Shown here one piece after another: positions 19,673 to 28,885 of a stretch of 64,000 nucleotides of DNA; position 1 is the first letter of the stretch, and each line of letters opens with the position of its first letter. The notes below the pieces were generated by a model. That model had not been told where the DNA came from. It ran no database searches and saw only the letters and a list, made by a program, of their open reading frames with translations. The position numbers and the translations under genes are program-made. The DNA is from Vulcanimicrobiota bacterium (GTDB taxonomy: Bacteria; Vulcanimicrobiota; Xenobia; Xenobiales; JADMJV01). Location: assembly GCA_050250895.1 (NCBI GenBank), contig JBFWNU010000001.1, forward strand, positions 2,852,891 through 2,916,890, read 5' to 3'.

Positions 19673-20818
19673 ATGTCAACCATCACCGAACTCAGACTGC
19701 CCGCTCTCGAGATTTCTCAGGGGTCCGGTCGTCGCATCTACAGCTTCGCTGCCGACGGCAAGATGCTGCCGCTCTTCACCACCATCTCTCGCATTCACCG
19801 TGACGACGAGAGTCAGATTCAGGGCTACCAACGGCCCGAGGTGCGCTCGCACATTGGCGAGATCAAGACCTATCTCGAGTCAGAGAACCCGATGATTCCG
19901 AACGCCATCGTGGTGGCCTTCGACTCGCGCGTGAGCTTTGAGCCCATGAAGGGCGGGCTTGAGGGCGAGCATTCTCGTATGGGCACCCTGGTGATCCCCG
20001 TCGACGAGACGCTGCCGGACGAAGAGAAGCCTGGCTGGATCGTCGACGGCCAGCAACGCGCGGCCGCCATTCGCGAGGCCCAGGTGGAGAGTTTTCCTCT
20101 GAGCATCAACGCCTTCATCGCTAAGGACGCCACCGAACAGCGCGAGCAGTTCATCCTGGTCAATTCGACCAAACCTTTGCCGAAAGGGCTCATCTACGAG
20201 TTGTTGCCGACCACTGAGGCTCGCTTGCCCTCGCTTTTGCAGCGCCGACGTTTTCCGGCGCTGCTGGTGGATCGGCTCAATCACGATGAGGACTCGCCGA
20301 TGGTGGGGATGATCAAGACCCCGACCACGCCCGAAGGGTTGATCAAAGACAACTCTATCTTGAAGATGCTCGAGAATAGCCTCACCGATGGCGCTCTTTA
20401 TCGCTTTCGCGACCCGGCCACGGGCGAGGGGGATGCGGAGACGATGCTGGCTTTGTTGAAGAACTTCTGGACGGCGGTGGCTGAGGTCTTTGGGTTCGCC
20501 TGGAGCCTGCCGCCACGCCGGTCGCGCCTGGTGCACGGCGCGGGCATTACCGCTCTGGGTTTCGTGATGGATGCGATCGCTGACCGCTATAGGTCGGATG
20601 GTGTCCCCACGGTGGAGCAGTTCGCGGCAGACCTCGAGCCCCTGGTCGACATCTGCCGCTGGACCGACGGCTACTGGGACTTCGGTCCGGGCGCCCAGAG
20701 GAAGTGGAACGAGATTCAGAACACTTCGAAAGACATCCAGTTGCTGGCGAATCATCTGCTAGTCCAGTATAAATCGCGGGTTTGGTCGCGGCGATTGGCT
20801 GCCATTGGAGTTGGCTGA
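19673..20818 (+). CDS. dpdB: DGQHR-domain protein DpdB (copy 2)
   Basis: GYQRPEV, IPNAIVVAF, IVDGQQR, REQFILVNSTKPLPKGLIYELLP, SRLVHGAGI. Confidence 0.9.
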   Translation: MSTITELRLPALEISQGSGRRIYSFAADGKMLPLFTTISRIHRDDESQIQGYQRPEVRSHIGEIKTYLESENPMIPNAIVVAFDSRVSFEPMKGGLEGEHSRMGTLVIPVDETLPDEEKPGWIVDGQQRAAAIREAQVESFPLSINAFIAKDATEQREQFILVNSTKPLPKGLIYELLPTTEARLPSLLQRRRFPALLVDRLNHDEDSPMVGMIKTPTTPEGLIKDNSILKMLENSLTDGALYRFRDPATGEGDAETMLALLKNFWTAVAEVFGFAWSLPPRRSRLVHGAGITALGFVMDAIADRYRSDGVPTVEQFAADLEPLVDICRWTDGYWDFGPGAQRKWNEIQNTSKDIQLLANHLLVQYKSRVWSRRLAAIGVG

Positions 20819-20828
20819 AGGCCAAGCC

Positions 20829-21713
20829 TTACGGAGAGAATTGCGTGACGCTCGTTGCGACGGCAATGTTCTCGAGGGTCAGTAGACGCCTCTCGTTTCT
20901 TAGAAAGAGCCGCAACTCTTCTGATTCTTTAAAGGGTTCCTTCATTGAACTATGGTGTCGGCTGAGAGCGGCATATCTGAGGGATGGAGTTAGTTGAAAA
21001 TAACTCTGTAGGCGAGATGCCGGTAGCCATCCCGTCCTGAAGATCCAGGCCAGAGATTCTCCTTTCCCCAAATTGCAGCTTGTACACAAAATTTGCAGAT
21101 TCTCGAGTCCGTCCCCACCCAAGAAGTGCGGTATTATGTGGTCGAGGGTCGGCCGCCGGAAGTATCTCGCAAGTGCTACTTCCCCCGGCAATCTTGAGAT
21201 TGGCTCCAAAGTCTCTTCATCCAGGTCCGCTTCGACCTCCTGGAAGAGGTCGGCTTCATTGAAGAGATACCGACACAACTGGCATCGTAATGCTTGCCTC
21301 TTCATTATTTCTTTGTGATTGGTTCTCTCCAAATCGAGAGATTCGGTTTCTCGACCGTACCTATGGGATCGTCTCAGGCGCTTGAACACGATGGCCAATT
21401 GTCTTATTAGAACCTCCGGAAGGTCTTTGGTCTCGAGACGTTCGAACAGAGCTTTCGTTGCGAGTTCCTCAAAGTCTGGTTGCAATGCTTCGAAAAGGCT
21501 GCTCGGAACCATCGACCAGAGTCCTCGAAGGAGCAGTATGAGGGCGGCCTCTGCGTCGAATTGTTCCCGAGGCTGGCCAAGTGCGCTGCTTATCGCGGGG
21601 AGAAGATGGCCACATTGTCTTCGAAGGTCTCCCGACAGGAGCATCAATTCGAGCCGATCTCTTTGGTTGTTCGTTTCCGTGAGTACCTGTAACAGCATCG
21701 AGAATGGCGACAT
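20829..21713 (-). CDS. HNH endonuclease-domain protein
   Basis: CQLC...LDHIIPHFLGGDGLENLQILCTSCNLGKG. Confidence 0.88.
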   Translation of the reverse strand: MSPFSMLLQVLTETNNQRDRLELMLLSGDLRRQCGHLLPAISSALGQPREQFDAEAALILLLRGLWSMVPSSLFEALQPDFEELATKALFERLETKDLPEVLIRQLAIVFKRLRRSHRYGRETESLDLERTNHKEIMKRQALRCQLCRYLFNEADLFQEVEADLDEETLEPISRLPGEVALARYFRRPTLDHIIPHFLGGDGLENLQILCTSCNLGKGESLAWIFRTGWLPASRLQSYFQLTPSLRYAALSRHHSSMKEPFKESEELRLFLRNERRLLTLENIAVATSVTQFSP

Positions 21714-21725
21714 CGGACCTACTCC

Positions 21726-23375
21726 TCATGGGGTGGCTTTCTGAAAGAGCGGGGACTCGGAGTGGATATCGCCCAGCTTCTTGCCTCCGCGCAATTCACG
21801 CATAGCCTTCTTTATCCAGTCTGGGCCCTGGCCGCTTTGAAGCCCCGTGGATTCCCAGTTTTGGAAGAATGTGGGTGGCACTTCACCAAAAAAGTCATGA
21901 ACCTGATTCGAAAAATCCTGAATATCCTTGAATTTCGCGTCGCCTCCGGCCTTGCTCTCTAAGAAGAGGTCTTGAAGAGCGTGCATGGTGACAATATAGA
22001 GCAGATGGAATTTGTCTCTCTTCTCCCAAATGCCGGCCTTCGCATAGAGCTCACGAATCGCATACCAAAATGCATAGAAGTAGCTTGTCCAAGTCTCCCA
22101 GTCAGTCCATGCTTTCCGGGCTTGGGCTAGGCTCTTTGCTCCCAGGGCAGGCTGAAACATCTTCATCTCTTGCTGCGCGGATGTGGCGTTCCCGGTACGC
22201 GGAGAGGCTGAAGCTATCGATCTCCAGCGTTTCGCTAGTCTGAGCATGCCTCGGTCCGAGAGTTTTCCTTTATTGCTCACACCAACCACCTCGCCAGGTT
22301 GTGAGATCATGTTTGCAAATGGGCTGCGTGAGTCGTGATTCAGGTATTTCATGATGATTCGATCGGTATTCTTCATGCCGATAACGTCGAACCGCGTCTC
22401 AATCGTCTGCACTTCGCTGTTAGTGAGCGACGTGTTCAGGATGGCTGTCAAAAAGCCAGGCGATATCGGCTTAGCCAATTTGTTCAACACGACAAACTGA
22501 AAGACTTGCTCCACCCAGTCCGCGTCTTTGATGGCACACACATTGAATATGATAGGGTCCTTCTCGCTTTCGTATGCCCCATTAACACGATGCTGGCCAT
22601 CGACAATCATGGCGGGACGCAGCAGGGAAATTAGGAGATAGCGAAGCCTGCTTTCGGGCGAAAACTGCATTTTTTTTCTTCCCCGCTTTTTCACCCGTTC
22701 TTGCTGCTTGTAGCGTTTGGTTTCCTCGGCCAGCCATTCCTTCACTCTGTCCGAATCGGAGATGAACTTGTGGAAGGCTCTAAGCTTCGATCTGCCAACA
22801 TCAATCTCGCTGTCGACCGTAGTGTCGGCATCCCTCTCCTCGTCCTCGTCATCCTCGTCATCTTCCGTGAGATCTGGCTCGTCGTCGGTTGACTCCTCGT
22901 CGAGGTCTTCCTCGTTGGCTAGTTCCAGGCGAGGCGCTAACGCCGTCGCGACCAACTGCGTCAACTCCGAAAGATCGTGGGTGTCAGGATCATACTTTGG
23001 GCAATCGAAGCTTATGTGCACCATTTGGGGGGTGTATGCGAGCTGGGCTGCGCTAGGCCAACTGGCGGGGTACCCTATGGGCGTCGTTTGAAGTATGCTT
23101 TCTCTAAACGCTACGACAATGCTGGTCGGCGAGGATTCTCCGGTGTTAAAGAAACGAGTAATCCCTTGGTATCGTTTCGTGAGGGCCCGTTGAAAGCCCC
23201 CGTGAAAACGTTCGGACTTGGTTGGCACTCCGCCCCAGCGGAAAATGTGCTTGGCTGGGGCACAAAAGCTGACGAGTTCGAGCTTGGAGGAGCCTTGAGT
23301 GTACATCTCCCCCACGTACTCGTAATGGTCTGAAAGCCCCATCTTCGACAACAGCTTGACCCTCCTTGAACTCAC
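21726..23375 (-). CDS. Divergent DGQHR (DndB/ParB-like) domain protein with an acidic insertion
   Basis: GFQRAL, PTSIVVAF, IVDGQHR, QVFQFVVLN; D/E-rich tract. Confidence 0.8.
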   Translation of the reverse strand: MSSRRVKLLSKMGLSDHYEYVGEMYTQGSSKLELVSFCAPAKHIFRWGGVPTKSERFHGGFQRALTKRYQGITRFFNTGESSPTSIVVAFRESILQTTPIGYPASWPSAAQLAYTPQMVHISFDCPKYDPDTHDLSELTQLVATALAPRLELANEEDLDEESTDDEPDLTEDDEDDEDEERDADTTVDSEIDVGRSKLRAFHKFISDSDRVKEWLAEETKRYKQQERVKKRGRKKMQFSPESRLRYLLISLLRPAMIVDGQHRVNGAYESEKDPIIFNVCAIKDADWVEQVFQFVVLNKLAKPISPGFLTAILNTSLTNSEVQTIETRFDVIGMKNTDRIIMKYLNHDSRSPFANMISQPGEVVGVSNKGKLSDRGMLRLAKRWRSIASASPRTGNATSAQQEMKMFQPALGAKSLAQARKAWTDWETWTSYFYAFWYAIRELYAKAGIWEKRDKFHLLYIVTMHALQDLFLESKAGGDAKFKDIQDFSNQVHDFFGEVPPTFFQNWESTGLQSGQGPDWIKKAMRELRGGKKLGDIHSESPLFQKATP

Positions 23376-23644
23376 TTCGCGTTACGCCTAGTATCGGGCG
23401 GTTCTGGGAAGGCCGGTCATAGCCCTGCACCGCGAGTCGGACCGCAAACGGCCGGCAAGCCTCAGAGGATGTGAGGGGGACGCTCATCCTAGCTCTCGAG
23501 TCTTGTGCCAGAACAAGGTGATATACTCAGTATAACGGCGGGCGAGAAAGATCGACTCGTCCCAAAGCGTTTGTCTCTTCTCTTGGGGCGGGACCTCCCC
23601 GTGAGCCCGATCGGGGCGGCTTCACGCAAGAAGGCAAGTTCGCC

Positions 23645-24507
23645 TTGTCATTGATGATGCGGTGCTCTAGCACGAAAGAAGCTCAATCCCAAGCTGTCGC
23701 CGATTCCGTCGAGGCGATCGGGTCAGCTCTGGCGAGTTGTCCCGTTGGTCGGAATGGACGACAGGAACTGGCGGCAGCAGAACGCACGAGCTGTTCTTTG
23801 GATCGCGAACACGCCCAAGTTGGCCTTCTACGAAATCAGCAGTGTCAAGAGCGCCGAGACGGCCAAGCAAATTCTCGGAGAGGCCTTCGACGGCGTCTTA
23901 CTCACCGACCGCGTTTCCAATTACAACTTCCAGCCGTGGAAGAAGCGACAGTTTTGTTGGGCCACAGCGACCGACACTTCGCCAGATAGGTCAAGGGCAG
24001 GGGCCTTCAAGCGACATCGGGACATGGGCGATGGCCGAAATAGACCGGGTATTTGACCTCTGTCGCCGCGTTCGTGCTGACGAAATCAGCCGGAAACAGC
24101 TCAGCGAGAGCCTGAAGCCGATCAAAGCGCGTTTTGGGCGCCTTCTGAAAAAGGGTTCGTCGTGCGGCCATGAGCGTACCGAGAGGACCTGCGCGAATCT
24201 GCTCAGGAGATTTGAGTCCCTCTGGCTCTTCGCCACCCCACGAAGGGGTTGAACCGACCAACAACTCGTCCGAGCAGGCCCTCCGCCCGGGCGTGCGTTG
24301 GCGAGATACCAGCTTCGGCTCACCGAGCGAGCGGGGAAGCAAATTCACCGCGAGGATCCTAACAGTGCTCGAGACCTGTCGGAGACAGGGACGCTCGCAG
24401 TTAGACTACCTGGTCGATTGGCTGATGGCTTGGCTGGTTGGGTTGAGCGCCCTCTCTTCTGTCTTGCCCGCCCTGGCCAGTGGCGAATGGATAGGGTGAA
24501 CGGTTAC
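23645..24507 (+). mobile_element. IS66-family transposase 3' remnant (frameshifted) with right end
   Basis: Fragments GVLLTDR...RQFCWA and GVEPTNNSSEQALRPGV...GS.SERG...VLETCRRQG in different frames; ends in GGTGAACGGTTAC (reverse complement GTAACCG, IS66-type terminus). Confidence 0.85.
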
Positions 24508-24515
24508 ACTCCGCT

Positions 24516-26125
24516 GGGTCTGGATCGGTCTGAGAGCTGATTGGGCGACCCGACAATCTGAAGGACATGCCCTGGTTACTTCGTGAATCCCGGTCGAACA
24601 CCGATCCGGGAGGCCCCATGCAAGATTTGACGACACCGGCGGAAAGTGAGTTGGCCGGCGCCACACTTCAAGCGGGATTCGACGATGAAATCAATGAGGT
24701 AGTGAGGGCACTGCGGCGTGCGGTCGATGCGATGGTTGGGCTCGACTGCTCCTTCGAGGAGCGCGAGCGAGCCGCCCTGAGCATTGGAAATGAGGCCCAG
24801 CGTCGGCTCCTCGAGGACGAACTGCAATCCATTGTCGAGGCGCATGGGGTTGAACTCTTGATCGACGGAGAGCTGTACCGCAAACATCGGCCTGGGGCCC
24901 GCGACTACGCCAGCCTATGTGGCGCCCTGCGAGTCTCCCGATGCACGTATCGACTGGCCGGGGTCCGCAACGGACCGACCGTGGTGCCCCTCGAGATGCA
25001 GGCAGGTTTGATGGAAGGCGCAACTCCGGCGATGGCTTATCGGGTCGCGCTCGGCTACGCGAAGGAACACAGTCGAGGGCTGGAGGAGGACCTCCGCGCT
25101 TCACATCGTGTACCACCGTCGAGAACCAAGCTGGAGAAGATATGTCCAAGAGGCTCGGATGGAGAGCGAAGGAGGAGGCGCCCCGCATCGAGGCCTGTCT
25201 TCGTCCAAAACGAGCGGCTGCCTGAGGATGTGGCCGGCATCTCCATAGGACTCGACCGCACGGCGGTTCCGATGGAGGAGGCCCGTGCAGAGGGAGTCGC
25301 CCCCAAGACCCAAAGGAAGGCGCGGACGAAGCCTTACCTGCGGACGCCCCCAGGGCCGGTGGATGTCAACTATCGCATGGCCTATGTAGGCACGGTCTCC
25401 TTGACGGATGAGTATGGGGAGGGACTGGCCACGCGACGCTACGCGGCGATCCCGAGTGATGGGCCGGACGACATGCTCCATGGGATGATGGGCGATGTAC
25501 GGAACGCTTTGCGGCGAAATCCTCAACTGCGGGTGGGCGTGGTCCAAGATGGCGCACCCGAGATGTGGAATCTTGTGCGGGCCTCACTCAAGACGGCCGA
25601 GGTGACGGAGTGGCTTGAAACGATAGACCGCTACCATCTGAACGAACGGCTGGCCAGAGTTCTAAAGGTCATCGAACCAAACCCTGACGCCCGCATCCCC
25701 CAGCTACGCGCCTGGCACGATGAGTTCGACATCGATGACCAGACCATCGAGCGCATCGAGGCCACTATCGTGTCAGCAATCAAAACCTGTCGGGGGGACG
25801 GCCTCGTCGTACTCGAGGACAACGCCACTTTCATAGGCAACAATAAAGACCGAATGCGCTACGTTGCGCTGGGGGAGGCTGGCCGCCCTGTCAGCAGCGG
25901 TGCCACGAAGGGAGCGTGCCGATACGTGATCGGTGAGAGGGCCAAGCGTGCGAGCAGACGTTGGCACGAGGATGGACTAGAGGCCGCCCTCGCTCTGCGG
26001 AGCATCTACTGTAGTGACCGCTTGCCGCGGTTCTTCGTCCATCTGCAGAGGTGCTACTCCGCTGAAATTCGAGAGGCCGACTGGAGCAATGAACCCGCCG
26101 CGTGATCTCAGACGCATCCAGACCC
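24516..26125 (+). mobile_element. Complete IS of the ISKra4/ISLre2 (Mutator-like DDE) type
   Basis: 20-bp TIRs GGGTCTGGATCGGTCTGAGA (24516-35) and reverse complement of 26106-25 (18/20 match); 8-bp TSD ACTCCGCT at 24508-15 and 26126-33. Confidence 0.88.
24618..26105 (+). CDS. ISKra4/ISLre2-like transposase, probably inactive
   Basis: GLDRTAVP, QDGAPEMW, IDRYHL, RMRY, SSGATKGAC, RW...G. Confidence 0.8.
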   Translation: MQDLTTPAESELAGATLQAGFDDEINEVVRALRRAVDAMVGLDCSFEERERAALSIGNEAQRRLLEDELQSIVEAHGVELLIDGELYRKHRPGARDYASLCGALRVSRCTYRLAGVRNGPTVVPLEMQAGLMEGATPAMAYRVALGYAKEHSRGLEEDLRASHRVPPSRTKLEKICPRGSDGERRRRRPASRPVFVQNERLPEDVAGISIGLDRTAVPMEEARAEGVAPKTQRKARTKPYLRTPPGPVDVNYRMAYVGTVSLTDEYGEGLATRRYAAIPSDGPDDMLHGMMGDVRNALRRNPQLRVGVVQDGAPEMWNLVRASLKTAEVTEWLETIDRYHLNERLARVLKVIEPNPDARIPQLRAWHDEFDIDDQTIERIEATIVSAIKTCRGDGLVVLEDNATFIGNNKDRMRYVALGEAGRPVSSGATKGACRYVIGERAKRASRRWHEDGLEAALALRSIYCSDRLPRFFVHLQRCYSAEIREADWSNEPAA

Positions 26126-26180
26126 ACTCCGCTAGAAGGTCCCAATCGAGCCAATCCCGAAAGTTCAGTCGGAGCAACCA

Positions 26181-27695
26181 ATGATCTTTCTTTCCTACAG
26201 ACGTAGTGATTCCACTCCATACTCCACTCTCATTCGAGATTTTCTGACGCGAGAGTTCGGGGCGAAGCGCCTCTTTCGGGATCTAGAAGAAATCGAAGCA
26301 GGAGAGGAATACGCTCGAGTTCTCAAAGAAAAAATCGGCAAGTCCAACGCTGTCCTCGTGCTAGTCGGGCCGAAGTGGCTTCAAGAATTCCTGGACCGAG
26401 ACGGTCAAACTGACTACGTGGTTATGGAAATGAAAACGGCGTTCGGCCGGAGGCGACCGATAATCCCTGTCCTCGTTGGTGGAGGTCGACTCCCAAGCGA
26501 GAAGGATTTGGAGAATTTGCCAGCAGAGACCCGCGACCTAGTCTCTAATCTCAAAGCTCTCAACGCGGTCACCTACCCCGATGACGTGGCAGGCCGAGAC
26601 GATGCCGAACGAAAACTCCTCCGAAGACTCCATCGTCTGAAAGGCCTCTCTCCCCTTCCGCGCCGCCTGGCGATAGGCACTCTTTTGCTCGTTCTGCTGT
26701 CAGTGTCGCTCGATACGTCCTTCCGATGGCTCCCGCGCAAGCCTGGGCTTCTTTCGGTTCAGGCGCCACGCGAAGTAACGTTCGATGTCGTGCACTACAG
26801 CGACGAGCATCCCGACGGGGTTGTCACCCATTCCCGACTCACCGGACGTCGTGTCATGCTCCTTCCCCCCGGTCTCTACTATCTAGACTTTCATGCCGAC
26901 GGCCGAGTCGTTTCCTATATCCTCAGACAACCGTCGTTCCGCTACCAGGCTCTGGAGTTTGACCCCGCCCGGAACGAGGATGGCGAGGATTGGGCCGCAC
27001 TACCAGCCGGCGAGTATCTCATCGGGGACAAACGAGTCCAGCTTTCTGCATTCGAGATTCAAAGGTTCGAAGTGACCAGGGTTGACTATCGCACGAAGCT
27101 CCTCGAGGATCCCGAAGCGCTGCGGTGCGCCCGTCGGGCGGTGGAACTTGCCAAAGGAGGGGTTGAATTGCCTAAGGACTTCTTTGCCTATAACGAGGAG
27201 AGAATTCAGCAGTACTCACCGTCCCCAACGAACCCGGTGATCGGACTGAACTTTTACCAAGCCTACGGTTATGCGATCTCTCAAGGCCTTAGTCTTCCCA
27301 CCGAGGCGGAATGGGCCGTTGGCTCTGGCTACCTGGGCAAGAAGGAGATTAGTCGGTTTCCCTGGGGAGAGACGGAACCAGCCTTTTACGCTGTGTCCAG
27401 TTTTGCGAAGCTTCTCACCGACGACAACAGGAGAACTCTGTCGGTGGGGTCTCTCGAAAAGGGAAAGAATCCCAAGACTCAGGTCTACGACTCTCTGGGA
27501 AACGCACGAGAATGGGTTGACCAATGGAGGTCTGGCGCCCCCTACGAGCTTGCCGAGGGCGCCAAGCAAGTTGTAAAGGGCTCGGGGTTCGACTCAATGT
27601 ATCTCCAAGACCTGGTTAGCCCGGGCGTCCCGGTCGACGCCGATGAAACTTTTCGAGACACGGTTGGTTTTAGGTGTGTTCGAAGAAGGGACTAG
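26181..27695 (+). CDS. TIR - TM - formylglycine-generating-enzyme (FGE/SUMF1)-like domain protein
   Basis: MIFLSYRRSD, LFRD, DYVVMEM, IIPVLV; TM LAIGTLLLVLLSV; LPTEAEW, FPWG, GNAREWV, VGFRCV. Confidence 0.88.
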   Translation: MIFLSYRRSDSTPYSTLIRDFLTREFGAKRLFRDLEEIEAGEEYARVLKEKIGKSNAVLVLVGPKWLQEFLDRDGQTDYVVMEMKTAFGRRRPIIPVLVGGGRLPSEKDLENLPAETRDLVSNLKALNAVTYPDDVAGRDDAERKLLRRLHRLKGLSPLPRRLAIGTLLLVLLSVSLDTSFRWLPRKPGLLSVQAPREVTFDVVHYSDEHPDGVVTHSRLTGRRVMLLPPGLYYLDFHADGRVVSYILRQPSFRYQALEFDPARNEDGEDWAALPAGEYLIGDKRVQLSAFEIQRFEVTRVDYRTKLLEDPEALRCARRAVELAKGGVELPKDFFAYNEERIQQYSPSPTNPVIGLNFYQAYGYAISQGLSLPTEAEWAVGSGYLGKKEISRFPWGETEPAFYAVSSFAKLLTDDNRRTLSVGSLEKGKNPKTQVYDSLGNAREWVDQWRSGAPYELAEGAKQVVKGSGFDSMYLQDLVSPGVPVDADETFRDTVGFRCVRRRD

Positions 27696-27706
27696 TTAGC
27701 GTGACC

Positions 27707-28441
27707 ATGCGTTGTAACTCCTTGTTGCTCGCGCTCATACTGCTTAGCAGTCGGAGTGCCTTCGCTCAATTGGAAGTCTTCTTAGGAGAAACGCTCATCG
27801 CAAAGGATGTTCAAATCGAACAGCTTGGCAAGACAATCACGGATTATGCCTTGCGACGAGACGGAATGTTGCCGCCCCCGCAGACGATACCTATCGCCGG
27901 CGCTGCCTTCCGCGACATCCTCAGGCAACTCACGGAGCAAGATGTCAACTACAAGATCGTGAGTGTCCAGGCACTCGCTTCCGGCGCGAGCAAGCCCGCA
28001 GCAATCTCCGCCGACTGGCAGCATCGAACAGTCAAGGCAAGCCAAGAGTATGAGCTGCAACTTTTTCCCGAGAACAAACGGTGGTGGTCGCCGACCCTGA
28101 GGTTCACCTATCTGGCCGATGGTCAAATCAAAACCAACGCGCGCGCCATCCAGTTTCATCAGACCCGGGGCACTTATTTGATTCAGTTGCCCAAAGGCTG
28201 GACATCAAACCATATCAAGTCCTCGGGTCTGGCAGATCTTTCACAGCAACGCTCCGAAAACCTCCTGCCGTTCTCGGCCAAAGAGTGGATATATTGGCCC
28301 GCCTACACCGTTCGAGGGGCCGGTTTGGTGGAGGAACGAGTTTTTGATGGGCCAATTCCGGCACAACAGCAGGCTCAGCAACAACCGTGCCCCGGCCCGT
28401 ATTACTTCTTCGTCATCGTCAACAGTCAAGGGACGCCGTAG
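27707..28441 (+). CDS. Secreted hypothetical protein
   Basis: Signal peptide MRCNSLLLALILLSSRSAFA-Q; starts 11 nt after the TIR-FGE stop. Confidence 0.6.
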   Translation: MRCNSLLLALILLSSRSAFAQLEVFLGETLIAKDVQIEQLGKTITDYALRRDGMLPPPQTIPIAGAAFRDILRQLTEQDVNYKIVSVQALASGASKPAAISADWQHRTVKASQEYELQLFPENKRWWSPTLRFTYLADGQIKTNARAIQFHQTRGTYLIQLPKGWTSNHIKSSGLADLSQQRSENLLPFSAKEWIYWPAYTVRGAGLVEERVFDGPIPAQQQAQQQPCPGPYYFFVIVNSQGTP

Positions 28442-28550
28442 GCCTAGTTGGGATGGGTGGACCACCCTGCCTCTGAAACGCGGGTTACCTCGCGAGGCAG
28501 AGCCGCATCGGAAATAGAACTTTCCTAAGAACAAAGAGGATGGCCCACCC

Positions 28551-28793
28551 ATGAACGTCACTGCCGCAAACGCCCAGAATCTGATCTTCGTTGAGCTAGA
28601 TGTCCAGAGGGATTCGATCTACCTGGCAGCAGTCCAAAACTACGGTAAAGCGTTGTCGGCGAAAAGCGCCTCGGCACGCCTCGGCACGAAGAAGCGCGAC
28701 AAAATGCGCCAGTTCGTGCACAAGTATCGCAGGCCTCCCATTGGAGCAGTTGGGGTGGTGAGACCTGCCCGGAAACTGGATGAGCAGGAGTGA
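28551..28793 (+). pseudogene. Possible IS110-family transposase N-terminal remnant
   Basis: IFVELDVQRDSIYLAAV resembles the IS110 start motif xVGLDVHKDSI; short and degenerate. Confidence 0.4.
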
Positions 28794-28885
28794 AGTCTAT
28801 TCGGCTTCAAGCCACCGCACGACTGACAATCTCTGTCAGGGGAGTTTGCTACGCTGTGAAGAAGAGCCTACTCCGGGAGGTCGTC

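Noticed and set aside
23522-23534. TATACT-c-AGTATA palindrome as a bidirectional promoter
   Set aside because: No convincing -35 on either strand and the plus-strand target is a truncated IS; too weak to call.
27560-27695. FGE C-terminus as a DGR variable region
   Set aside because: No second copy (template repeat) or RT seen in the window.
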